A stretch of DNA of 64,000 nt from a phage, in NCBI GenBank assembly GCA_031520405.1, contig GCA_031520405.1_4842.1; one strand, 5' to 3'. Positions 17,415 through 27,400 of the stretch are shown one piece after another (the first letter of the stretch is position 1; the number at the start of each line of letters is the position of its first letter). The notes beneath the pieces were generated by a model. It made no database searches and was not told where the DNA came from. It was given only the letters and a program-made list of their open reading frames with translations. The position numbers were made by a program, and so were the translations under genes.

Positions 17415-19328
17415 ATGATTTCTCAATTCAATCAACCACGCGGCTCCACTTCCATAGAAGTTAACAAACAATCTATCGCTCGAAATTTCGGTGTCAAAGA
17501 AGACGAAGTCATTTATTTCACTGTCGGTATTGATCTCAGCGGATTTAAAGTAATTTATGATGAGTCTACCCAACGGGCTTATTCTCTTCCTTCGGGTATT
17601 GTTTCAGGAACGATTGCGATAAGTCTGAACGAACAAGCCATCCTTACTCATTCTTCTGGCTCTGTTGACCTTGGGGAATTAGCAGTAAGCCGCGAAGAAT
17701 ATGTGACTTTACCTGGTTCTTTTAATTTCGGTCATACCATTAATGTGAAAAATGAACTTCTTGTTCACGATGATAAAAAATATCGATGGGATGGTTCTTT
17801 GCCAAAGGTAGTTGCCGCTGGTTCTACACCCGATAACTCAGGCGGTGTTGGTTTAGGTGCATGGTTGAGTGTTGGTGATGTATCATTGAGAGCGGATTTG
17901 GCTAGTGGCACACTTGGTAAAGGTGCGAATCTTTTGACATATAAGTCACAAGTATCAAACTCGGTTGCTATAAGCCAACAAATTAAAAATAGTGAAAGGG
18001 TTTCTGTTTTTGAGTATTTGGCTAAGCCTATTCCTGGTTTTGATAATGCATCAGCATTCGCTGCTATGAAAGCTGATGCTGAAGCAGGTGTTGTAATAAC
18101 AGTACCTTCAGGAGTATATGAAACATCTGAACCACTGAGATTCACAAAACCTGTTCAAATATGGTTTGATGTAGGAGTGCGAATAAAACTTACATCTGGT
18201 GCACATGACCATGTTGTGGAAATAGATTTACGTGGACAAGATGAGGGGTATTGGGGGTATAAACCTTTCTTTGGTGGTGGCAGGGTTATTCTTGATGGTC
18301 TTGGTCATGCTAAGTACGGGCTATCACTTCGTGGCGTAATATCTGGTGGTTTTCCTGGTATTCAAGCAACCAATATAACAACTGCTGGGTTATATCTGGC
18401 TTGGACTCAATGCTGTACATACACTGATTTTATTTGCTCTAATAACGTGGAGGTTTTCACAACAAAACCCCTGCACGGTATTTTAGTAGATAAAGATAAC
18501 AATCCGTCAAATCCACGTGGTACATCATGCGATATCTTTATTAACCCATGTGTAGAGCACACTGCGGGTGATGGGTTTGTAGGACTAAGCCTGATGAACT
18601 CAATGGTTATAAACGGAACAATCGAGGGAAACCTTGGCGCAGGCATTTCATTGGGGCATCCTACAGATAATACTTACACTGCACTGGGTAATACATTTCT
18701 TGGTATTGACCTTGAGGTGAACACGCTAACTGATATTGTGATTAACAAGTTTTCACACATGAACGAGTTCATAGGACTCAAATCAGGTTATTCATCTCCA
18801 TCAGTTCAGGTCAGAGGTTTTCGTAACTATTTCTCTGGAGGTACTGTTAGCGATTTCGACTTCAGGCCAGATAGCCATGACAACCACGTACAGGATGTAA
18901 CACTTTTAGCTGAGTTTCCTGTTGTTAATGATGAAGGGATAAGAAACACTTATGAAAGATTATGGAATCTTAACAATGCTCAAGTTAACGTAAGCACAAA
19001 CCCTGTTAACACAAGAAGCAATCAGCCTATAGCGGGAGGTGAGACAGTAACGTTAGACCCATATAAAGCATCCTATGTTGTATGCACCGCAACAGGAACA
19101 CCTATTAATATAGTTTCTGCCACCAAAAAATTAGATGGAGCAAGAATAGATTTGACAATTCACAATGCATCAGGAACAGATTCATTAGTCATTAACTGGG
19201 CATCAGATATTAGAGTTGGCAATTTTACTCCTCCACCAGCAGGTAAACATAAGGGGTTATCACTAAGATATGATGCTAATTACGGTTATTGGACTGTAGT
19301 TGGTGTTGGACTGGACGCTTTATCGTGA
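17415..19328 (+). CDS. tailspike protein 2 (637 aa)
   Basis: N-terminal anchor block shared with the tailspikes at 14271 and 22293; Gly/Asn-rich beta-helix-like C-terminal region. Confidence 0.75.
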   Translation: MISQFNQPRGSTSIEVNKQSIARNFGVKEDEVIYFTVGIDLSGFKVIYDESTQRAYSLPSGIVSGTIAISLNEQAILTHSSGSVDLGELAVSREEYVTLPGSFNFGHTINVKNELLVHDDKKYRWDGSLPKVVAAGSTPDNSGGVGLGAWLSVGDVSLRADLASGTLGKGANLLTYKSQVSNSVAISQQIKNSERVSVFEYLAKPIPGFDNASAFAAMKADAEAGVVITVPSGVYETSEPLRFTKPVQIWFDVGVRIKLTSGAHDHVVEIDLRGQDEGYWGYKPFFGGGRVILDGLGHAKYGLSLRGVISGGFPGIQATNITTAGLYLAWTQCCTYTDFICSNNVEVFTTKPLHGILVDKDNNPSNPRGTSCDIFINPCVEHTAGDGFVGLSLMNSMVINGTIEGNLGAGISLGHPTDNTYTALGNTFLGIDLEVNTLTDIVINKFSHMNEFIGLKSGYSSPSVQVRGFRNYFSGGTVSDFDFRPDSHDNHVQDVTLLAEFPVVNDEGIRNTYERLWNLNNAQVNVSTNPVNTRSNQPIAGGETVTLDPYKASYVVCTATGTPINIVSATKKLDGARIDLTIHNASGTDSLVINWASDIRVGNFTPPPAGKHKGLSLRYDANYGYWTVVGVGLDALS

Positions 19329-19373
19329 CATCACCAACATTATAAAATGATGTTGTTGCTGTTAAAATTTAAA

Positions 19374-19400
19374 TAACCCCTCTTCGGCGGGGTTCTTATT
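19374..19400 (+). terminator. intrinsic terminator (UUCG tetraloop, one stem mismatch)
   Basis: ACCCCTC-TTCG-GCGGGGT followed by TCTTATT. Confidence 0.55.
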
Positions 19401-19440
19401 ATACCTTTGTTCATAAATTTTATTAGTTCAGACTAAATAC
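19383..19440. repeat. direct repeat copy 2 (identical to 17325-17382)
   Basis: identical string. Confidence 0.9.
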
Positions 19441-19468
19441 CCCATATTGGCAAATCCTTTATGGGGTA
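19433..19468 (+). promoter_or_regulatory. CTAAATAC box plus 5' hairpin TACCCCATA/TATGGGGTA upstream of tailspike 3
   Basis: differs from the 17380 copy by a compensatory T-to-C / A-to-G pair that preserves the stem. Confidence 0.45.
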
Positions 19469-19475
19469 TTTTCAA

Positions 19476-22241
19476 ATGACCAGAAATGTAGAAGAATTAT
19501 TCGGCGGCGTAATCACAGCTCCTCACCAGATTCCTTTCACGTATAAATCAAATGTCGGTGGAGAAACTTTCCTTTCTTTGCCGTTCCATCCCGTCACTGG
19601 TGTTATCACAATCAACGGTGGTATGCAAGTTCCGTTAGACAACTTTGAAATCGAAGGAAATACGTTGAATCTCGGGCGCGCATTGTCCAAAGGCGATGTT
19701 GTGTATTGCTTATTCGATAAAATTCTTTCGCCAGAAGATACAGCCAAAGGTATCCGCATATACAAATTTCAGGCCGTGGGAGGTGAAACCGAGTTCACTC
19801 CTGATTTCACATCCTATGGTGTCCAATCTCTTTATATCGGTGGCGAGTACAAAACACCCGAAATTGAATATTCCTATAACAGCACGACAGGGAAAGTGTC
19901 TTTGCAAACTGCACTGACTGCAGGCGTTTGGGTAGTCGCTGAAATGTCTGTTAAACAACCGAATATCAGTCCGGCGTTTGACCGAAGTATTCAAGAAATC
20001 GCCCGTTCTGCTAATGTAAAAGACTCTGAAGTCATCGTTAGTACGGACACCATATCTTTGTTGGATGGGAAGAAAGTTGTTTATGATATAGCGACGCAAA
20101 CCAGTTATGGTTTACCAACCATTCCTGATGGTTCTGTCATTTCTTCTGTATCTGCTGGGAAATTGAATTACAACCCAGGTGATGTGCAGGTTGATTTGTT
20201 GCCTTTAGAAGATTCATTTATTAATGTGATAAACACTCTGGGGCGCAATGATGGTGCCAAGTATATTGGAGAATGCCATTCTGTTGCTGATCTCAGGAAT
20301 ACTGAACCCACTATGGATGGACAACGCATTATTCTTAAGCAACACACTGCGGGTACTCTTCTTGGTGGAGGGGTATTCCGTGCGTTAATTGATGGTACAG
20401 GAAAGACTGATAATAACGGTACTGTGATCAAAACTGTTGGCGGCGCGGCATGGTTACGTGTTAATGCTGATAGAGTTAACCCATTCATGTTTGGTGCTTT
20501 GGGTGGTTCTAATGATGATACTATTCCAGTACAATCTTGTGTGGATAGTGGTAAGGCCACACAATTAACTGATGCACATTACGTTAGCAATATCCAGTTA
20601 AAATATAATACGTCGTCTATTTATGGGTCTGGATTACATTACTCAAGGTTGCATCAGTTGCCTTCTGCTACTGGGAATTGTATTACCATAAAAGATACAT
20701 GCTCCCTTATTGTATTAGACGCCTTTGGGGTATATGGCACAGGTGCACAACAAGGCATGCCATTTACTGCGGGCACAACAGGTATCTATGTAGAAACTCC
20801 TTCAGGTCTCTCAGCCGATTATCCGTTCCACACTACCGCAGACCCAAGACGCGACTTGTGTATTTCTAAGGTCCATATAGCAGGTTTTGATGAATATGGG
20901 TTAAATATTGATAGTGGTAACTTTAGTGTTACTACAGATTCTCTTTTAGTCAACCACATCAATCAGGTGGGTGTCCGTTGTGCTACTACTGATTGGACTT
21001 GGACAAATATCCAGGTTAATACCTGCGGTAAACAATGTCTGGTTCTTGATGGTTGTGGTAATGGTCGTATTATTGGCGGTAAATTCATTTGGGCTAACTG
21101 GCAACCTTATGGTACAGTAGGACAGTTCCCAGGCATTACTATTAATAACAGCCAGAATATGGTTATTAATGGTATTGAGGTACAAGATTGTGGCGGGAAT
21201 GGCATTGAGATTAGCGATTCATATTCAATTTCCATGAACGGATTGAACACCAATCGTAACGGCATCAATGCTAACAACACTTTCTACAACATCGTATTTA
21301 ACAAAAGCGATGCAGTTATCAACGGATTCGTAGGACTCAATTATGCCGCGAATAGTGGTTCAGGTGCTAACTCTAGTGCAGGCAATTTTCAGTTCCTGTC
21401 TAATGATTGTAGTGTCACCATTAATGGTGTGGTTGAGACTGGTTATATGGGCATTAACTTTATTGGTGATAACAATATTATCAACCCCACCAATTCCGAC
21501 CTGAGCATTAACGGATTGGTTAATTATTCCAAGACTGGTTTGCAAACCATGAACGAGACCCCTACATTTGATGGTGTTAGCACTACACCTGTTTATGTAA
21601 GTGTCCCATCTTCTGTAGGGCAAGTAAATGGTCTGAGACTATCACAAGCCAACAAAGATAAATTACTGTATTCAAGAACAGCAGGTCCAGAAGGTATTAC
21701 CATGGCTGCTGTTGTAGTACCCACCATATCTGGAGCTGAAGTATTTAACTTCATGGCCATTGGTTCAGGGTTTAGTGATACATCCAACAGTCTTCATCTT
21801 CAATTAGTTATAGACGCTTCTGGAAAACAAACAATTGCTTTGCTATTGGGGGGCGATGGTACAACCCAAATTTTATCTGGGGATTTACCTAACGACCTTA
21901 AACTACAAAGTGGTGTACCATATCATATAGCTATTGGTGCTAAACCTGGATATTTCTGGTGGAGTATTCTTAATATTCAGACGGGTAAGAGAATCAGACG
22001 GTCATTCCGAGGCGCTTATTTAGCCGTACCATTTAATTCTATATTCGGATTAACTTCTTCATTAACATTCTTCTCGGATAGCAATGCTGGTGGGGATGCT
22101 TGTTCTGGGGTTGGTGCTAAAGTGTATGTTGGTATGTTCTCTTCTGAGAACGATTATGTAGCTTCACGATACTACAACCTGATTAATCCTGTAGACCCTA
22201 CTAAGTTAATTAGTTACCGTATATTGGATTCTTCTATTTAA
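19476..22241 (+). CDS. tailspike protein 3 (about 921 aa)
   Basis: start placed at ATG 19476, 7 nt after the hairpin as in the paralogs; carries a more divergent anchor block (NVKDSEVIV...KVVYDIATQTSYGLP) and a beta-helix-like region. Confidence 0.7.
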   Translation: MTRNVEELFGGVITAPHQIPFTYKSNVGGETFLSLPFHPVTGVITINGGMQVPLDNFEIEGNTLNLGRALSKGDVVYCLFDKILSPEDTAKGIRIYKFQAVGGETEFTPDFTSYGVQSLYIGGEYKTPEIEYSYNSTTGKVSLQTALTAGVWVVAEMSVKQPNISPAFDRSIQEIARSANVKDSEVIVSTDTISLLDGKKVVYDIATQTSYGLPTIPDGSVISSVSAGKLNYNPGDVQVDLLPLEDSFINVINTLGRNDGAKYIGECHSVADLRNTEPTMDGQRIILKQHTAGTLLGGGVFRALIDGTGKTDNNGTVIKTVGGAAWLRVNADRVNPFMFGALGGSNDDTIPVQSCVDSGKATQLTDAHYVSNIQLKYNTSSIYGSGLHYSRLHQLPSATGNCITIKDTCSLIVLDAFGVYGTGAQQGMPFTAGTTGIYVETPSGLSADYPFHTTADPRRDLCISKVHIAGFDEYGLNIDSGNFSVTTDSLLVNHINQVGVRCATTDWTWTNIQVNTCGKQCLVLDGCGNGRIIGGKFIWANWQPYGTVGQFPGITINNSQNMVINGIEVQDCGGNGIEISDSYSISMNGLNTNRNGINANNTFYNIVFNKSDAVINGFVGLNYAANSGSGANSSAGNFQFLSNDCSVTINGVVETGYMGINFIGDNNIINPTNSDLSINGLVNYSKTGLQTMNETPTFDGVSTTPVYVSVPSSVGQVNGLRLSQANKDKLLYSRTAGPEGITMAAVVVPTISGAEVFNFMAIGSGFSDTSNSLHLQLVIDASGKQTIALLLGGDGTTQILSGDLPNDLKLQSGVPYHIAIGAKPGYFWWSILNIQTGKRIRRSFRGAYLAVPFNSIFGLTSSLTFFSDSNAGGDACSGVGAKVYVGMFSSENDYVASRYYNLINPVDPTKLISYRILDSSI

Positions 22242-22245
22242 AAAT

Positions 22246-22272
22246 ATACCCCTCTTCGGAGGGGTCTTTACT
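22246..22272 (+). terminator. intrinsic terminator (UUCG tetraloop)
   Basis: ACCCCTC-TTCG-GAGGGGT followed by CTTTACT. Confidence 0.6.
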
Positions 22273-22292
22273 AGAAAAACAATGAGGTACTT

Positions 22293-24338
22293 ATGAACGA
22301 AATGTTTAGTCAAGGTGGTAAAGGTTCGACTGGAATCTTAACCAATAAACAAGCAGTAGCCAGACACTTTGGTGTTAAACAATCTGAGGTTGTTTATGCC
22401 AAATCAGGACAGTCCTTGTCTGGTTATAAAGTGATCTACGATAAGGTATCTCAACGTGCCTACGCTCTCCCTTCTAACATTGGTACTGTAACGGTCACTA
22501 GTTTAGTCGACGGCATTCTCACGCACTCTGGAGGCACCGTAGATTTGGGTGCATTGGCTGTGTTAAGGGAAGAGTATGTTACTCTTGTTGAAAATTTTAC
22601 TTCTGGATTTACGATTCGTGTCAAGAACGAAGTCGTGAGCGATGGGGTGAGTCTATATCGTTGGGATGGTGCTTTACCTAAAACCGTTGCACCTGGCTCA
22701 ACACCTGAAACAACTGGTGGCGTTGGTTTAGGTGCATGGTTGAGTGTTGGTGATGCCACATTAAGAAGTGAATTAACATTGAATGTTTCAGATATTAATG
22801 GATTGATTAACGTTAATACAAGAAACAAAAATTTCATGTATGTTACATCATCGTTTCGAGGGGGTGGAGGTGCTGGTGTATATGTATGGAATCCCACAAA
22901 AAATAAATCATTACATAACGGAGCGACTATCATAGACCCATCAAGGACTCTACCGATAAACTGGGATTCTCAGTCGCAAATAGATGATTGGTTTACAATT
23001 TCATCCACAGATGGGGTGGGATGTTTTGAATTAATTGAGGGGGAGAGCTCGGTTAATCCATTGCAGTGGGGCTGCTTGGGCGATTCATCAAAAGACAACC
23101 CACATAGTGGGTATGATAACTCTTTAATATCTGATTATGTTGATGACTACGCTGAATCAGTAAATAAAACAGTATTTTGGCCTCACGGTATATTTAGATT
23201 CACTGGTCCACAGCAAAGAAAGACAAGGCATGATGGACATGAATACATTAGAATGAATAGTGAGTTTTCTACTGTTTTTATTATTGACAATCAGACGCCA
23301 ATAACTTTTCTAAAAGGAAAAGGGATTGGGACCGACCATCAGAAACTGTATGCCCACGGTTCAAGAGGAATAGAATATATTGGCAACCCTAAACGAATCC
23401 ATACTCTTCTTGATGCATACATGTACACGACATCATGGAAGCATTTTGCTGTTCGTGGATTTAAATATGGATTTGATATAAATTTTGTCTCTTTCCATAT
23501 TCAGAATTTCTATTTTACTGATAATGAAATTGGAATTTACCCAAAACCACTAATGCCGCCATTGCAAGCTGCCGCACCAAGTACAATGCTATCATTATCT
23601 TACGGTGCATTTGATTTCAGTAAGAATGGAATAGTATTCACTGAGAGATTTGGGCTTGGCGAGGCAGAAAACGTCATAAACGTAAATCTATCTTCTGTTG
23701 TGTTCGAACAAAATGAATTTGACGGATTCAGTTGTGCTAACTATCCATTACCTGTCGGTGTGAAAAACGCCAACAACAGGGTTATGAACCTTACAGTAAA
23801 TAATTGCTGGGCTGAACTTAACGGTAGAGCTGGTTTCAACTTCGAGAACGCTGACGTAACTGCGAATTCATTGAGAATAAATGAAGCGGATGAATTGATT
23901 TATCCAGCAGGGGCAAGGACATACTCTATTGATGTAAATGGTGTAAGGGAAACAAACGTACTAAAATCGTCACTTTATGGAGCGCATAATATAGAAGCTC
24001 CGGTATCTGGTCAAATGATAATAAAACCAGATGGTAGCATTTATTCTGGTGCGACAATGCCTTTTACTGTTACAAAGACATCGGAAGGTCAATTTAAATT
24101 AACGAATGCATCATCTACTCAGGGGTTTCAATACGTATCAATAGAGGTTATGCCATTCGATAGAGCAAGGATTGATACTGTTGTGACATGTGACCCATCA
24201 GATGTCGCAGCGTTCGTTCAGTTTGGTACAATATCAAGCTATAAGATTGAATTTACATCGAGAGGCACATCTACATTTGTAACTCCAGAGGCTGGTTTCG
24301 CAGTTAAATTCTCATGGGTTCACCCTCTTAATAATTAA
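22293..24338 (+). CDS. tailspike protein 4 (681 aa)
   Basis: N-terminal anchor block nearly identical to tailspike 1 (LYRWDGALPKTVAPGSTPETTGGVGLGAWLSVGD). Confidence 0.75.
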   Translation: MNEMFSQGGKGSTGILTNKQAVARHFGVKQSEVVYAKSGQSLSGYKVIYDKVSQRAYALPSNIGTVTVTSLVDGILTHSGGTVDLGALAVLREEYVTLVENFTSGFTIRVKNEVVSDGVSLYRWDGALPKTVAPGSTPETTGGVGLGAWLSVGDATLRSELTLNVSDINGLINVNTRNKNFMYVTSSFRGGGGAGVYVWNPTKNKSLHNGATIIDPSRTLPINWDSQSQIDDWFTISSTDGVGCFELIEGESSVNPLQWGCLGDSSKDNPHSGYDNSLISDYVDDYAESVNKTVFWPHGIFRFTGPQQRKTRHDGHEYIRMNSEFSTVFIIDNQTPITFLKGKGIGTDHQKLYAHGSRGIEYIGNPKRIHTLLDAYMYTTSWKHFAVRGFKYGFDINFVSFHIQNFYFTDNEIGIYPKPLMPPLQAAAPSTMLSLSYGAFDFSKNGIVFTERFGLGEAENVINVNLSSVVFEQNEFDGFSCANYPLPVGVKNANNRVMNLTVNNCWAELNGRAGFNFENADVTANSLRINEADELIYPAGARTYSIDVNGVRETNVLKSSLYGAHNIEAPVSGQMIIKPDGSIYSGATMPFTVTKTSEGQFKLTNASSTQGFQYVSIEVMPFDRARIDTVVTCDPSDVAAFVQFGTISSYKIEFTSRGTSTFVTPEAGFAVKFSWVHPLNN

Positions 24339-24343
24339 TATAA

Positions 24344-24370
24344 AAACCCCGCTAATGCGGGGTTTTATTT
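24344..24370 (+). terminator. intrinsic terminator
   Basis: CCCCGC-TAAT-GCGGGG followed by TTTTATTT. Confidence 0.65.
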
Positions 24371-24392
24371 CTATCTGTTTGTTGGCTGTATA

Positions 24393-24400
24393 CTAAATAT
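24393..24400 (+). promoter_or_regulatory. CTAAATAT late-promoter-like box
   Basis: motif match about 33 nt upstream of the ATG at 24433. Confidence 0.3.
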
Positions 24401-24432
24401 CTCTATAAAATGGCACTCGATGGAGCATCAAA

Positions 24433-27400
24433 ATGCAATCTACAAATTTAAACCGTCGCCCGTATTGGGATGACTGGAATCCTGGGAAACGTTTTTCACG
24501 GATTCTTTTTCGTCCGATGCCTATCAAGGTTCAGACTCGCGAACTGAACCAGATGCAGACTATTCTTCAGGATCAAATTGAAAAACTGGGCAACCATTTG
24601 TTCAAAGATGGTTCTATGGTTATCCCTGGCGGTCTGACGATCACTAACGCCGCAGTCTCTTTGAAATTCACTTTGGCGGGTGGTACTGAATTCACTGATC
24701 TGGAAGGTATTTCTGAACTCTACGTTTTGGGGAAAGACAATAACGCCAAAGCGCGTGTGCTGTCTCTTGAACGTGATCTGTCTGCTCCTGATACAATGCT
24801 GGCTATCCTTGAGATGACTGAAGCGGGTAATGCTGACGGATTCCATGTTAACGATAATCTGTATTTCCAGACTTACGACGTGAATGATAATTTCATTCGT
24901 ATTGGTTATGGTATCGCAGCTGCAGTGACTGGTTCTATCGTCGCTCGTATGACGAAAGGCGTTTACTTCATTCGTGGGATGTTCCTAGACGTTGATGACG
25001 CAACTCTTATCGTTGACAAAACTTCTAACATCACTTCCCACCGCATCGGATTTAAAGTCACCGAAACCATTGTCACTGAAACAGAAGATGAATCCCTTTA
25101 TTCAAATGCTCAGGGAACGATTAACTCCAAAGCCCCAGGCGCTCATCGTCTTCGAATAGATCTGGTCTTATCTCGATTTGATTATGATGCTGTGGTTGAA
25201 GACTTTGTTGAACTGGCCAAAGTTCGTGATGGTAAAATCCAGTCTATGGTGACTCAGTCCACCTATAATATTCTGGAAGACACGTTGGCCCAACGGACGT
25301 ATGAAACCAACGGCGATTACAACGTTTCGACCCATCAGATCGATATCCGTGAACACCTGAAAGTCAATAACAATGGCGGGGTATTCGGTGCTGCTGATGG
25401 CGGTGACGAAAGTAAATTCGTGTCTGTAATGAAACCAGGTATTTCCTATGTTCGTGGTCGCCGTATCGAAAACGTCGGGGAAGAGTTGGTGATCGTTGAT
25501 AAGGCGCGGGATACCGATGTCCTGAATAACACCCCTGTTGCGGTGGCCACAGGCAATTATCTGGTCACCAAGAATTCTAAAGGTGTGCCAGTGATATCCC
25601 GCACCGTTCGATACAAATTACTGAATGCTTCAGGCGTTACCCAGGCTACAGCACTTTGTATATCAGCTGAACGTAATTCAACAGAATTTCGTCTGTATAT
25701 GCGCGACCTGGTCGTTACTGGCGATGCATCCACTATCACCAAAGTGTCTTACGAAGAAAGCGGTATCACCATGTTCTCTGCTGAACTGGAATCCAATCAG
25801 TTTAACCAGAGTTCTATGATAGATCTGATCTTCTCTCTTCCGGTATTCGGTGTCAAGACTTTAGCACCAACTGGCTCCGTGGATATCAACTACACTGTTC
25901 TCAGAACGTATAAAGTGACGCTAGACAGCAGTGGTTCTGGTTCTATTTCAGCCCCGCTGGGATATAGTTTTTCCCCAGAATTTTCGTTATACTCTGCAGC
26001 GAAATCTGATGGTTCTGAAGCGCAGTTCGATATCTCTGGTTCTTTGTCTTTGACTGGTTCTCCGGTCGGTTCGGCGCTGCAGATTTCTCTGGGCAGTGGT
26101 AATGCTAACCAGTCAATCAATTTGCTGGCGCTGATGATTCGTACCACGGCCACAATCAAAACGAAGACCATCACTGAAACAACTGAAACAGTGACGTTCA
26201 CCTCGCAGACTAGCCGCCCTTTGGCGAATCACGATGGTTGGAAATTGGTGTCGGTCAAAAACGATACTGGCGCAGACGTGACCTCCAGCTTCGTCCTAGA
26301 TGGCGGACAGCGTGATGCAGGGTATTACAAGTCTAACTTGTTATCCAGCGCTGGAGCAATCTCAGGGACGTATACAGTGGTGTATCAATACTTCGCCCAC
26401 AGTTCCGGTGATTTCTTCTCTGCTGATTCGTATACTTCGATGGATTATAAAGATATCCCGAATTATACATCTTCTACATCAGGCGCGGTGTACGGCCTGG
26501 CAGATAGTTTGGATTTCCGTCCGAAAATCACCAACGGAACTTCTGACACAGATATGGTTCGTCCAAACACTGCAGTTATTCTGGACACAGAATATTATCT
26601 GCCGCGTATTGACGCGATTTATCTGGCAGACAACGGTGTGTTTGGTGTGGCTCGAGGCATTAGTTCTAATAATCTGGCTTCTCCAGCAATCCCAGCGAAC
26701 GCCATGCGTTTGTATGAATTGTTGATCCCGCCGTATACACCGAATATTGATGATATCCAAATTCGAACTATTGATAATCGTCGTTATACGATGCGCGATA
26801 TCGGTAAACTGGAAACCCGTATTTCCAATGTTGAATACTATACCTCTCTGTCACAGCTGGAATCTTCAGCGATGACACAGCAAGTGTTTGACCCCATTAC
26901 GGGTAATCCTCGTTTCAAAAATGGTATTGCAGCTGATCCGTTCAAAGACTTCCGGTTGATTGATGACTTGTCTGAAGATTGGATGGGTTCTATCGATACC
27001 GAAAACGGACGTCTGCGCCCGTTTGTACAACAAAACGTTGTTGACATGACTCCGGTTGGCTGGAACAAAGTGATGGATGGGATGGTGGTTTGTAATTACA
27101 CGCCTGAAATCTCGGTGAACCAAGAATATGCGACGACGACGATCAACGTTAACCCGTATGCAGTATTCAATTGGGAAGGTTTCTTGAAGATTAACCCGAC
27201 CACAGACTACTGGTTCGAAAACTATTATGTTTCACCGCGTATTATCAATGAAACGATCAACACCCGTGGTACTGTACAAGAAGGTTCAGTGTATGGAACA
27301 TGGCGTACTGTTTCTGTTTCTGATCGTGTTTGGGAACCGCATGGTGCTGGTGGTGTGTGGTGGGGATATCGTTACCGCACGACTGTTTCTGCCCGTGATG

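Noticed and set aside
17318-24370. CRISPR-like array suggested by repeated terminator and promoter sequences between tailspike genes
   Set aside because: Repeat units are separated by 2-3 kb genes rather than short spacers and are explained as transcription signals.
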